NCBI GenBank assembly: GCA_051362555.1
Contig: CM120648.1
Span: 783,721-847,720, forward strand
Direction: 5' to 3'
Origin: Lingula anatina
Lineage: Eukaryota; Animalia; Brachiopoda
Length of the DNA: 64,000 bases
Position 1 is the first letter of the stretch. The number at the start of each line of letters is the position of its first letter. This document shows, piece by piece, positions 1 to 14,200 of the stretch. The position numbers and the translations under genes are program-made. The notes beneath the pieces are model-generated. The model had not been told where the DNA came from and ran no database searches. It saw only the letters and a list, made by a program, of their open reading frames with translations.

Positions 1-827
1 GCTCCAGCCTGGAAGAGACGAAACCGTTTGTTAGGGCTTGAGTATTAAACTGCTAGATGAAATTATTTACCGCACAATGACATTTTTTTCTCAACTGTTG
101 TGACTAATTGCCAGATGACGTGCAACATTTTTCTCCGTTCATCTCTAGTTTTTACGACGCTTACTACAAAGTGTATCACTTTAAAGCATCGGTGCATAAC
201 TGTATCAGAAAATGTAACTGCTGGAATTTTGAGTGAAGATTTGTGTAATATTAAGATCATTTATTAAGTAATATATCTATAACCGAGACATACCACATGA
301 GGGGCAGCCATAGATGTACCTGAAAAATTTTAAAAAAAAGTATACTGACTTATTTTAAACCTTACAACGTATATTTAAGCTATCACCTTCATACAAATCT
401 AAAAGGCCCGATTTTTCCATCTTTTTTCGATCCCCACTGCATATTTTACTTTGTTTAGAAGTATTATGTATTCCCTTTGAATTGCCAGATAATGGTATGT
501 GGATAGGGATGTAACTCATCACCAAAAATTCACGTTTCATCCCCCCCCCCCCCCATATTCTGTAAGTAGGTATTTGTGCAAAGCCATGCAGCATTCAAAA
601 AAAAAATAAATAATGAAATAAAACTGAAATAATTGCGGATCTATTTTCCTCCGAAAAGTGAAGAAAACATGGCATAATTAATATACAAATACAAAAAACG
701 TGCCAAAACATGTACATGTATACTTATCACTGCAAAATGATACAATTACATATTCTTCGCAAGAAAGATGGTGGTAGAGAAAAAAACTTCGATATATAAG
801 TTTATTATCACACGAACGTTCGTGCTC

Positions 828-889
<62 letters not shown>

Positions 890-2015
890 TTTCTCACCGC
901 TCAAAGAAACAGTTCCAGAGGAAGTTCCTGCATCAGCTCCAATGATGTCTTTGCCCTGAAACACATCATTATAATTCCATGTGAAAAAATGAAGGCAGTG
1001 TCTACTATAGTACATCTTGCATTTTTGCACATGGGCGGAGGAGCTGGGACTATGGTGCCTTATTCTGCCTCTTTTATTTCAACCGCGCCAGTCTTAATTG
1101 CAGGAAGTATGGTGCTGGATTGTCTGCCAACTTTTTATGCCAAATGTGAATGAATTACATGTACATGTTATATTTTAAAAAACTACGTTCAACTTTTTAA
1201 AAATCACACACATACGCATTCACGCATGCGCACACATGAATATTCGTCCAATGCAGACAGTTATCAGTAGAATATCAAACACGTTTATTTTGTTAGCAGT
1301 TCAAAACTTTTCATTGTTATTATTATTATTTTTGGAAGATAACTGAGAACTGGAAGATAACTGAGAAAATTTGCTTGTCTTATGGCCTATTTTTCTCTAA
1401 CATTTTATACTCACAGGGGCAATGATATCTACGCATTCTCCGTAGTTGGAGAAAGAAGCCTTGGCGTCTTGGTTTGTACTGGCCGCGACACAGACACTAC
1501 AATACAAACAGCTCATTTTTAGCGACTCTTAAGGAAAAAAGGCCTCGTGCGAAATTCACGATAAGACAAGACCAATCAAGAAATCTAATCTTGAGAACTT
1601 GATAAAGTTATTGAACTATTTATTTTTAAAAATACAATTAAACGATAACAATTGGAATTAAAAGGAGAAGAAGAAAAGACTACGTAGTTAAAAGGTTAGC
1701 AGATGTGTTTTAAGTTTAAATATTTACTTACACATCACTAGCACCTGCCGGGGAGTAGCCGCACGCATCATCGTTGGAGTTTCCGGCCGCAGCAACAACA
1801 GTCACGCCCTGTGATTGGTTCAATAAATAGAATTACCACACATATCATAGACAAAAAATTCAGGTTCAAATAAAGCCCCTCATTATATTATGATTATCAT
1901 TTATACTGTACCTGCAAAACAGCACTTGCATTTATAACAATTAAAAATGAAACACAGATTGAGGAAAAATAAAAAATAAGATAAGAACATACAAACACAT
2001 TGTATAAGAAGCACT

Positions 2016-2058
<43 letters not shown>

Positions 2059-4853
2059 TCACCAACCGCTTGTACTGCTGCATTTGCTGCGGAGTTGATA
2101 CTGCTTCCAGTGCCACCAAGCGACATGCTGTAATAACATACAGATTCAAATGTAATATATATATATAGACAGGAATTATAGAGTTCAAATGGACTTAACA
2201 CTGCTTTAACCTACCTACTAGTATACTGTTAATATATCGATACGACTGTGTGTCTGTATTTAACTTACTGTTGTACATTTGGCCTTGATATTAAAAAGTC
2301 ACTTTTTAGACAAGTAAAGACCTTTAAAAGGTCAAATACGAGCAAATTGTAACCTTATTCTTTCTAATGGCACTTACATGAATATTTCATAACAACTCAA
2401 CGTTTAGCAAACCAAACGCTCTACATAGAATTTTAAGATAAATAATTGGTCCGGTTTAGCTTACTTGATGACTCCTTTGCGATTAGAAGTCCTTGCATAA
2501 GCTGCCACATCCTCTAGAGCTCCAATGATTCCCCTGTTAACATTTTCCAAAATAAAAAACATGTTTCGTATTCGCAAAGAATTTGCAATTTATAGGCAAT
2601 GTACGGAATTTTTTATCAAGTTGATCACTTTTTTTCACAGTTGTTAAATTTGATCATTCGACCCTTAATGTTATCCTTAAGAAGGTGTTGGTGTTTTTAA
2701 AACATAAGGGCGATTCGCATATGGTCACGAGAAGACCCTTCTGTGACGTCACACAAGCACGGCTGTTAGCCCGTCAAACTGACTTCATTTATAAAAATTG
2801 ACCAACCAAAAAGGAAAAAAGGAAGACTGCAAATCTTTTGATGATGAAAATATGCGTACGTGGTACTTCCACTTCCTTGATCAGAGAGCACTTTGACGGC
2901 GATCAATCTGACACCTCTGGCCACGCCCATGGTGTTGCCACCGACAGTACCTGGATAAGATAAATTAAGTGATGTCGTGATCAATGTCGCAAACAAGGTG
3001 ACTTTCAGGTGAACATGTTTCCTTAAAACGCGTAGCAGTTGTCAGAATATCTCGAAAGTGAACAGATTTTCATTTCGTCACTAGTTCTTGCACAGCAAAT
3101 ACATATAACAATTCTATAGTAGGCCTATTACGAAATACGAGCGGCGTTTTATTTTCTATGGTCTGAAAAGTTAACCTGCTGATCATATTCACAATATAAA
3201 TAAATAAATAAATAAATATCTTACCACATGTAACTTCGTGCTTGTCATCACTAGCACTGTGATCTTCTTGCCCAGATAACAATAATAAGGAGAATTAAAA
3301 AAAGGGAAAAAAATCTTACTAGCTACGTGTGTGCCGTGGCCATTGCCGTCCCTAGAGCTGGTCCCCTGGGGTTCACTGAACTGAGGCTAAAAAGGCAAAT
3401 TATTTCAGCTATAATGCAATTAGCCAACGTGCAAAATTATTGTGAAATGAATTAAAAAGAGTATAAAAACATCTATGCAAATATTACACAAATGTGTGCA
3501 CCTCTGACGCTCCTCAAAATTGTTCACTTTTTTGTGCAATCAACCATATAATATTAAACCTCCGCGTGAAGATTTGCTGAAAAACGATCAGGTATGTAAT
3601 TTAGAAAGACCTAGTTATAGAGTATTTAAGACAGATACCTTATAAAAGGTTATGTCAACAGACTTCTTACACTGATTAGAGAAGAAATTTACATTTGCAA
3701 TTTATATGTGCAATAGTGTTAGGTGTTTTCAGATATACTCCAATGATATTTTTTATTTCTTTTTCCATACATTCTATAATATTTGTTACATCATGCTGTG
3801 GATAGTTGTGAACACTGACGAAAGTTGCGAGAACAAAATCCAAAAAGAGATCGAAATCACCACTGACATTAAAAGTGGCGAAGTTGAAGAGAATCCTATG
3901 GACAATCTGTACGTACGTAAAGTGTCTTGAAGTCTACAGCTCTACCGCCGCTGAAGTCCCGGTGATTGACGTCGATTCCGCTGTAAATGAATATTAATTA
4001 AATATGCAAATTATATAATGAATATTAATAAAATATGCAAATTGATTAACGTGTATAAATAAAATATGCAGATTATATAATGAATATTTGTAAAATATGC
4101 TAATTATATAATATGCAAATCTATATAAGAATAGAATGTTTATAATGTTAGTATACATGTACATGTAAATGTGTGTGTATCTGTTTGTATATATTTTTAA
4201 CTGGCGGATTTCATTTTGGCGAAAAAATGAGAAAATTACTACTCTAAAAAGGGTTTACTAACGATTTTGGGTGAGTTTATTGTATACATCGATGAAAAAA
4301 AGAAAATTTCTGCAATTTTTGGGACATTTCATTTTGGTATACAATGGACTAACGTTCACTGAACGCCTTTAAGGTAAGAAACAATATCCACTTACGTGTC
4401 GAGGATAAAAGCGTCAACTCCCGATCCATCAGCTGAATTACAGATATAAACTATTAACGATTATGTAAAATATTTTAAAATAGTGCTTCAAAAAATTCAT
4501 CAAGCAAATAATAATGATCTTCTATTGTTAATTTTAAGGTTCCATAATATTATGTAAAATTCAACAACATAGGCATATTTTAATTATCAACAATAATAAG
4601 AAAACATAACATCAAAGTGCATTACTTGCCATTTATAAAAACTACAAGAACTTATATTAAGCCAAAGGAAATACCCTTGATCATCACTGACTTAAAAATT
4701 GCAAATTTTCTAAAGACAGCTAAGATGACGTCCATTAAATAATAATTGACCCAAACGTGCCAACACATACCATTTACATCAAAATATCCGTCGCGATTGC
4801 TTTCCACCTGGTCGATTCTGTCTAAACCCTGTAGTCAGAAAGTACAGTCATTC

Positions 4854-4889
<36 letters not shown>

Positions 4890-6934
4890 TTTATTTAAAG
4901 AGGATACATCATATAAAGTGCACACACTTATCTTACAAATAACTGCTGCTGCCTATTTTAATGCTCTGACATGCATTTTTTTTTTTTTTTTTTTTGGACA
5001 TTAGGAAATAAAGATGACTTGCATTAAGTCAAAGGGCCCTTTCTCGATGAATTTATCGACCTAACTTCTGCGCCCTAGGGGGGACTCTCCCGGAAGCTGA
5101 CAGCAATTTAGCGTGAACCACCAGGGAGTTAGGTCGATCCAGATGGATCGATCTAAATCTGTGGGAACCCAGTCTTAACCCCCCCCCCCCTTTACACTGA
5201 AGGGGTCCTTTCTGTGTCCTTTGTGCGGCCATGAAACTGGCATCGCTGAGGTCGTAGAAAGGAGGTACACGCATCGCTTCGGTTGCAGAATGAATGCTCA
5301 ATGGCCGGCCAGTTGTCGGCACGTTAAGTTTTTTATTATAATTTTTGCTCTCAAACAAGGCCGTACTACAGGACGCAGAGAGGATGCCGTCCACTGTTAA
5401 GGGGGTTTTACTCACCCATAGGTTAGTAGCCACTCGGGAAGCGTACAACAATGTGTCCTGTTCAATAAACTCAATGTCATCATCATCTTGCAGAGACTCC
5501 AAGAGCCTGGAAAAATATTAAGCATATTAGGGTAGCCTCCACAAAGCCACGTATGTGACAGACGGCAAGACGGAACATTAGCAAATATGTAAATCAATGT
5601 GGCTATCGGTTAGGTTAGACATATACAAATTTACTACCTAGCAGCTCAATTTTTTTAAATTGAGCTTGTACTCACTACATTCCGTATTTCATAGCAATAA
5701 AAACAAGCTGACCGACTAACAATTGAATGAATAGACAAGAACATTTATTTTCATTTCTTTATATGGAGAACTCTTTGTCTTACTTTACCTGGAGTTAGCG
5801 TGTACGGTGAAGAACTTGGCGTTCCCGATTTCCATCTTCCTGCTGCCGACGTCGGCGTCGGAGGGCTCCTCACCTGCGGCCATAAGTCTGTTCAGTACCA
5901 CACGTCCTCTCATGATGACACGGTTCACTGGTGGAAAGAAAATGAAGAAATATTAATATCACCTTGTAGACATCTTTAATGACATTGGCGAGTCCACAGG
6001 GTCACAGCGTGCACGTGAATCTCCCGTAACTGCTGAGGTACACTGTTTACCCTCCTTACCCAAAACATTGAAAGGAATAGGTGAAAGGAGTTACAATATA
6101 GGAAACGTTCACAATTTTCTTCCTGCGTTACACGAGGAATTGTCTTCGTTTTGGCTACGAAGTATTTACAAACAGTGATGTTTTGTCACTTTCTCGTACC
6201 TCTCATCCAACCATCAATACCCCCCTACGCCCCTCTCTCTTTTTTTCTCCTTCACAAAATGCAATAAATATAATACCATTCAAATGGAAGCGTTAAACAC
6301 ATTCAGGTCTGTCTTGGAACGTTAATAGTCAATAAAGCGACACCTACCGTCGGCATTGTCTTTCACTTTCACAATGAACGTCCTTCCGTCTCCGGCTACA
6401 TCCCTACTGCGAGATGACATCAGCACAGGGGCTGAAAGTTGTCCCAATTTCAAAATATTTGTTATAAATATTTATAAAGCTGAACTGACAAGCATGTACG
6501 ATCATGTTTTTATAAAAGCGGCCCATTTTTCGATTCTTCAAAATCACGAAACCTATGCAACTGGAAGTTAATGGTATAATGACGCAGAGAAACACTTGTA
6601 CTTCAGTGCATGCAGCTACCGGTACATGTAAAATTCATATCAAACATACATAAATGAAACGTAAATTGCCTTAACGTTAACTGGCAGTGCTACGGGGTTA
6701 CAAAAAAGATAAATGACGGAAAAAAAGATTAAGGGAAAAACAGTGACCATGGCTATAACGGCGTCAAATTAGGCACTGTGCTTTTTGATGCTTAAAGTAT
6801 ATAACGCACCTGACAAATTGGCCACCGGTAACAAAAGAAAAAACGACTTACACATTTCACATTTAGTGGAACTTACCTCTGCCATTAGCAACAGCTACAA
6901 AGGCAACGACCAAACACAAAAGTTGGACCTTCAT
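1..6934 (-). CDS. Secreted proteinase K-like subtilase (S8A) with I9 propeptide, paralog A; 3' end lies beyond the window edge
   Basis: Manually spliced GT-AG exons: 6934-6877 (MKVQLLCLVVAFVAVANGR, signal), 6431-6348, 5927-5789, 5506-5416, 4828-4771 (GLDRIDQ), 4432-4396 (AFILDT, catalytic Asp), 3980-3917, 3386-3320 (DGNGHGTHVA, His), 2950-2860, 2533-2465, 2127-2067 (NMSLGG), 1808-1732 (AAAGN), 1496-1415 (SFSNYGECVDIIAP), 955-898, 319-294 (GTSMAAPHV, Ser), 8-<1. All phases are compatible. Non-coding first exon ends at 7350. Confidence 0.93.
829..886. repeat. (GA)n microsatellite just inside the intron following protease A exon 955-898
   Basis: Pure GA run seen directly. Confidence 0.95.
2015..2058. 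repeat. (TTTA)n microsatellite
   Basis: Tetranucleotide run seen directly. Confidence 0.9.
3986..4125. repeat. Degenerate ~31-bp minisatellite containing ATATGCAAAT
   Basis: atatgcaaat or variants at about 4002, 4033, 4064, 4095 and 4111. Confidence 0.75.
5179..5405. mobile_element. Degenerate MITE-like insertion with ~50-bp imperfect terminal inverted repeats (piggyBac-like CCC..GGG ends)
   Basis: Left end cccc-tttacactgaagggg-tcctttctgtgtcctt-tgtgcggcc versus reverse complement of right end cccc-ttaacagtggacggca-tcctctctgcgtcctg-tagtacggcc. TTAA at 5175-5178; the right flank is imperfect (tttta). Confidence 0.45.
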
Positions 6935-7402
6935 CTTCTTCTAAATTATGAAAAATAAAAACAAACTTTACTTTGCGTACGTGGGTTAAGTCAAACCCCA
7001 AGGAAGCCAGGTAAATTGAACATGTAAAAAAGAAATGCCAATCGGAATCAATCAGTTATACAAGACACTTTCGATTTTACCAAACAGGACAAAACTCTGA
7101 CATGCCTGCAATCATTTAAAGTGAATGTAAACAGAAAGAGCAAAAAAAGAGCAAAAACACCCCACCCGTTACTTGAATCGCTCGTGTTGATCATGAAATG
7201 TTGCTCAAAACACGGCACCTTCTAAACCCCTGTAGACCAAATTCTACAAAGGTAACAAAAACCGGAGAAGATGGCAATAATATCCCCCTCTCCGTGTTAT
7301 TTCGAACAATGAATTATTATCACGTTGAAACCATTTTGAGAATACTCACGGTTCTCAGTGTCCTAGGACCAGAATCTGCTGCTGTGTACATTTAGCTCCC
7401 TT

Positions 7403-7456
7403 TTTATACAGTATGGAACCCCTCTCACCCTGGGAACTTCGTGCCGCCGTCAGATG
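7403..7456 (-). promoter_or_regulatory. Protease A core promoter: TATA box, TGGGAA/TTCCCA box and E-box
   Basis: tttata 7403-7408 (TATAAA on minus), tgggaa 7431-7436, cagatg 7451-7456. Spacing is identical in paralog B. Confidence 0.65.
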
Positions 7457-9522
7457 CCCTAAGTGCGACTATATGGCCCATCAAATGTTGAAGCACTCTT
7501 GTTCGGATGCAGATCCTACCTAGGGATTATTATTGGTGCTTTCGCCGGCACTCAGTTTGTAATGGTCTGATAATAATTTTGGGGTAGCTTCACAAACGAA
7601 CGTAGGCCTGGGATTTTGTTTTAACTTTTAGACCTAAAATATGGCCTGGTTGTGTTGAATCCACATTCTGCTTAAATTCAGTATGCATTTGCCTTAAGTG
7701 TTCACCACGTTTTCTTGTTATAAAACAGGCACAATATTAGATCTATCTGGACGACTTTTTTTCTTTATCTAGTGTACAAAGCTGACGAAAATGTTGGCTG
7801 AAAAGTTTAGAGCAGTTTCCGGACCGAGTTCATTTGTGAAACTGGTTAATGGTCCTTACTGATAACGATGTAAGGAGTTTCACACGTGGCACGTTCGCTA
7901 AAAATCGTTAAAGATAAAACTAACGCAGGATGACAGATGCATTTGACAAGCAGGGATACTATTCCAGTAGTGATCCATGAAGGACAATTTTTTTTTAATT
8001 CTTTATACGCACTTAAATTAGACAATAATGTTGAGAATATGTTATATTGGCATTTTAATGAATTCTTTGTAACAACCGTTGGGAGTGGACCAAGTAACAA
8101 ACGATAAGATACAGAATTAATATACATGTATAAAGCAAACGGAAATTCAAACTGTTGAAGTTGGATTCATAGTGGATATAGTGACGACAACAACAACAAT
8201 TTGAGACTCAAACGTATGCTCACCAATGTATTTTTATCCAAGGTATTTATGTTCTATCTCACTGTGCGGATCGCATATTTTCTGTACATTAACTTTTGTG
8301 TGGTCATAAGAAGCTTCCATTTTTATTTACTAATTAACATTTTTATTATTTCTTTATTATGGAATCAATTTGAGTCTTGTTTACATCACTTACAATTAGA
8401 TATCCAAAGTATCATGTGTAATACATTATAGTTGGAAAATTCCCTAAGATTAGTATGAAGCAGTTCCAAACGTTCTGCCAAATCACTTTTTTTTTCATGA
8501 AATTAACCAGTCAATGCAACTAAAACGTTACCTGACATTGACATTTTCCATTCTTGCCAAATAAGAAAACATTTTTTGCATTCGTTCAGTTGAAGTTACA
8601 TATGGTGTAGAATCCCTGTGAGGCATAAAAAAATACTGTCAGTTTTATAATCTACTCAAACAAATTTCACATTCCCCCCCCCCCCCCAAAAAAAAAAGAA
8701 TCAAGTTAATTATTTTGTCTGCCAATTAAAGTTCACCTTCTTGAAGTTTCTAGTAGTTAATTTGGCTTATCTCTCCAGTTCGTAAAAGTCCGCCAAATGA
8801 CATACAAATGGACGGCACGTTACTGCTGCACGCGGAAAACCAAGATTATTTAAACGAGAGTTGGTGGAAATTTACGACCGAAGTTTATACAAAACATATA
8901 AAGAAAGCGTAATATACATGTTTCGAGATGTATGAAAATATGAATAACCTTAGGATTTCTATCAGTTGTGCTATTTGAAATTATACGGTGACATTTGGGT
9001 TTATATTGGCAACGTTTTCACAAGCCAACTCGCTTCCAATGCATTTTTAAGAAAAGTGTGCTTGATGTTAATAACTTGCTAATTTTTCTTATTCGAATTT
9101 ATTTAATTAATTTGCAATAAGTCAAAGTGTAACCAATTAACTTTACAACATAATAGATTAGACTTGGAATAAGTTTAGTCTGTCTTTAGTTCCGTAGTCT
9201 ATATATAGTCTGCCCGTACATTGCTAACTTCTTGATCACATGATCGGGAAATCGCGAGAACTCACCGGTGCTCAAACTACCCTTTGCATAAAAAAAGGCA
9301 CAGTTTAATCCAATGAGGCAGTTGATAGAGCAGTGATCAATGTGACAGTAACATATTGCTGACCCTCAAGTTCAGTTTTCAAACATGAGGTACACCCCTC
9401 TGCTTAAATGTTTTTTTAAATTAATATTAATAATATTAATCTCTCATATTAATCTCTCATATCAATTTTATCTTAATTTGCTTCTGTAGAATCATACATG
9501 TACATACAAACATGCAATTATT

Positions 9523-9599
9523 GTAGTAGTAGTAGTAGTAGTATAAAGTAGTAGCTGTGGTTGTAGCAGTACAGTAGTAGTTGTTGTTGTTGTTGTTGT
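9523..9599. repeat. Compound (GTA)n/(GTT)n microsatellite
   Basis: Seen directly. Confidence 0.85.
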
Positions 9600-9922
9600 A
9601 ATACATCTACTCACAGTAAAAAATATAATATCCATATGATATAAGATGACTTAAGATATGGTTTGCTAGACAAAAGATGTTTTGGATGATATTGATAGAA
9701 AATTAATATAATTTCAGCAACCCCACATATGTATAACCACAAATGAAGGCAAAATCGGCACAACAAGTTCAATATAACACAAACCGACTCCAGGCAAGTT
9801 TATTCAATCAAGCAACCAAAAATTGGAAACAATAAATCTCAGTCACTTTAGAAATTCATAACGCAATTATATTTTATTTGTGTTGTCTTTTAAGCACTCT
9901 GGGCAAGTCCTGATCCTTGGGA

Positions 9923-11242
9923 CTATTTGGAACCGTCACTTCCAACAAAGAGGAACCTATTTGGCGTGGCCATAGGTCTAACCAAGGAGGAGGGACAGCA
10001 GAAGTCCCAGTCAAGGGCACAACAGATGTGTTCAGGTGGCGCTGTTGTTGGTTGTGTACTTCCGGGAAAACCGGATATGACGTCCATGGTTGCTCTGGAA
10101 TGATGACGCAATTTTGAACTTTTTTATTTCTTTTTCAGGAATAATCTATGGTATGATGCTTGTAGTCCGGTAGTCAAATTTATATTATGTGTCGGTCCTG
10201 ATGTATGAGTTTATGTCATAATAATAATAACATGTAAACTTCTTATTACTTGTCTTTATCTTGAATAACAAGTCCAAGATGAGAGATGATTAAACAATGG
10301 TTGTCTCGGCTCGGTAAATTAAGTTCATTCAACACTAAACATTTCTGCAAATCTTACACAAAACATGTGTCACCGACACAAAACAGATATAAATGTATCT
10401 CACCCGTCGTAAAGCCAGGACTTCACATCATCTGGAGTGGCATTCGGTGAGCTGCCCAAAAACAAGGCTACTGCTCCAGCCTAGAAAATACGAGACTTCT
10501 TTTTTTTATATAAATTTCCGGGTTTTTTTTAATATTTAAAAAGTGCACAAGGTGTTTACTAGACTAATTACCCTGAGATTCTGCTTGTGAAAATGTGAGA
10601 GTGTCTAAACCTAAACTTTAAGTGTATGCATTCATAAAGCAAAAGTTATATTTCTTATTGTACCAGTTAGCAACAGCTGCAGTTCCGCATTAGACAACGA
10701 ATCGTGAGAAATGTGATGCAACTACAATGACGCTGAAAATACACATACACGACCCGTTTTTTTTTCAAATGAATCTTTAAAGAACAATGGGTTACAAACA
10801 TATATAACGCTTATAATTATCGAATCACACCAACTAACGCAATCCGATATTTTCATATGTATATGTGTATAATATGTGTTATACTCCTTCGTTATACATG
10901 TACTTACCACATGTGGGGCAGCCATAGATGTACCTAAAACATATAAAGCTACATATAGAACCTTCCAAAGCCATTTCAACCAAACTATTGTCGATTTAGC
11001 TTATAAAACCTCCCAAAATCTTCAAATGTATCGTTCCCAAAAGCTAATTGCTAGCCAAACATTTCGTCTCGTCGCGCTGAGCGTATAAAAAAGTTTGGTT
11101 ACATGCCATTGCATAACTACATAAAGTCACTTTCTAATGAGGAGAAAATGTCCCCAAATTTTGTATCTTTAAACCAAAAGAATTTTAATAGCTACAACTT
11201 TGGGGTTTAAATGCACTGTGTCATGAATTATCGGATACACTG

Positions 11243-11292
<50 letters not shown>

Positions 11293-14200
11293 CCGCTCAA
11301 GCTGACAGATCCACTTCCGGAATTGGCGTCAGCTCCTAAGATGGACTGGCCCTGCAACAGGTATTGTTAAGATCAACTGTAAGTCAGAGGCGGTCCAGGT
11401 TTTGTAAGGGGAGGGTGGAGGACACAATAAGACAAAGACATTTGAGCTGCTTCACTTGAAAAATTAAAAACGGTACACGAGGCCAATTTCACTACAATAT
11501 GTCGGACACAAGGAAAGGAGTTTGGTTTTATTTCGTCTCCTTAGACATTTGCGAGTGGAGGGGGAGTGAGATGGGGGTCAGAGAGAGGTGCTTCGGGACT
11601 GAAGGAGAGGTGCTGGTCTACTGAGTCCTTTCTTGGGTCCAATCATAAATGTCGAACTTTATTTTAGCTTACTTAGGTCAACGTCAGGGATCTACATTTT
11701 CTTTCTCGTCACTATGGGTACACTGTCTACATAAATCGGTTTCAGGTTTATGGATTTGCATATTCTGTTGGTATTTGGAGATTGAGGGCATGGCAGAGCG
11801 ATTTTTCTAACTTTTTTTTCTAACTCTCGTAAAATAATCATTTATAAAATTATCAACGCTGTGAAAACTGTCAAATGAAAACATTTTTACGTAATAGAAA
11901 CAGTTGAATGCATTACTTCATACTCACAGGGGCAATGATGTCAACGCAAGAGCCGTAGTTGGAGAAAGACGCCTTGGCGTCTTGGTTTGTACTGGCCGCA
12001 ACGCAGACACTGGAAAATGGGAAGATATTATTTATCAGATAATTCACTCTAAGCAAAACTGCGTTGAGAATAACATGTGGCAAGCTTTAAGCTTTTACAG
12101 TTTTTAAGGATATATGTACAAACTATATTAAATTAATTGTCCGCGCTTTGATACTATAGTATAGTAAATATATGTTCTTACACTTCACTAGCACCAGCCG
12201 GGGAGTAGCCGCACGCATCATCATTGGAGTTACCGGCCGCAGCAACAACAGTCACGCCCTGTGATTGGTAAAAATATTTAATGTACTAGTAGGGCCTATA
12301 GAACATTGACGTAAAATATTGAACTGCATTGCACAAACATTTACGTAACATGCAAACTGGTCTGAAATATTGCCCGCGTCTTTTTATGCGATACAGGTGC
12401 AACTTATTCACAATTGTTAACAACCAACGGAAAAGAGAATGGAAAAATATTTCCATCTTTTGGAAAAACACAAAATGCACTTATAGGCAAATCTTTATAC
12501 AGTAAAAAGATTGATAATCATTTGTATTCACATGCTTAACTAAATGTCATCTGCACTGAAAAGTCCGTCATATTCCGACTGAATTCGAATGTGCTTTTTA
12601 AACCTACCGCCTGCACTGCTGCATTTGATGCGGCATTGATACTGCTTCCGGTGCCGCCGAGCGACATGCTGCAAAAGCAAATAAGTACAATTTGTGTGAA
12701 ATATATTTGAAAAAGACACACACTTGATAACTGCTCTCAGTTATTATAACGATATGTCCAGATGAGATTTAAATGAAATCGTGAAGATCTCAAAATTATA
12801 AATCTAATTTTCACAAATATTTTAGTTTAAAAAAGACCTACTTGATGACTCCCTTGCGATTGGAGGTTCTAGCATACGCTACCACGTCTTCAATTGCCCC
12901 AATGATACCACTGTTCACGACAAAGAATAAAATAATAAAAAATTAAAGTTATTAGCTTTATAACGGGGACTTTTTCGTTACTCACACGGTTTAACTCAAA
13001 GATTCGGACAAAGTGATCCCAGTATTATATTTTTTTCAGTTTGTAAATCAAAGAGAAAACAAGAGAGACTCCATGACAATGAATACAGATTTCATTGATT
13101 TAGCCCAGTCTTAGATTTTGACCCACTTTCAGTGCGTCACGCTAACCCTAACCTGTATGAATCAAATGGAGGGCACGCGGGATCTGTTACCCCCAGTTTC
13201 TTATCACCCGATATGTATACGTTTACATTTAAAACAAAAGATGTGTTTTGACATTGCTTACATGGACGATAACACGTGTTTTTCTGTGTTGTTCCTAATA
13301 TGCCTAATGATCTTACTACTATGAGTTTATGAGCGTACCTGTAGCTACCTTTACAGAATAAGATTTTATGTCAAACTCTCAAAATAAAGACAGCTTTTCT
13401 GATGCGAAATAAAAGAATGAAGGATTAAAATATTTTGATGATGAAATTGTGCATACGTTGTACTTCCACTTCCTTGGTCAGACAACACTTTGACGGCGAC
13501 CAATCTGACAGCTCTGGCCACGCCCATGGTATTGCCACCAACAGTACCTGGAAAATTAAGTGATGTCGTGATCAACATTGCTTTGTTTACTTAAAGTGAT
13601 AATAACTCTTCGTTTCGGCCAAAAAATGAATTTTCCTGGAGTAAACAACAATTTTCCCATACTTACCAATGGTTAATGAATCCATTTTTACATTCAAAGT
13701 TAGTCCCTGGTTTTTTTCTAAAAAGTTTGGTTTTTTGTTAAAATCTCTTAAGAGATTTTAACATAGTATGGTCATCAATGGAGGTCACGTGGTCAAAAGA
13801 CAAGCTCAGATATCAGAATAATAGCTATAACAGCTGTTTTTGTGGGAAAACAGAATATATTATATTTTTATGAGTCACTCACAATGTTTTTATTGTGAAA
13901 TACAGATTTCATACGAAGAGTTATTATCCCTTTAATATGAAAGTTAAATCTGAGTTTCCATGAAGAAACAGATAGCACGCCTACTAGAACAGCGTGTGTT
14001 TCCGATAAGCGTCAAACAGGAGAGATTGATTTTTTTTTCAGTTTGTTACTCAAATTTATTTTGCTAATACATCTTTTTTTCTTTGCAGTTCCACGTTATA
14101 TATTTGCTGATCACGCAATTAACATTGTACTGTACTCATACAGTAGCTTTCCTAATTAAATATCATAGACTGCTGGCCTGATTGTACTTTTTAGAAGTAA

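Noticed and set aside
1333-1368. 18-bp tandem duplication tggaagataactgagaa
   Set aside because: Simple intronic slippage duplication.
5053-5502. 149-aa ORF
   Set aside because: Only 5506-5416 is exon; the rest is read-through into intronic repeats.
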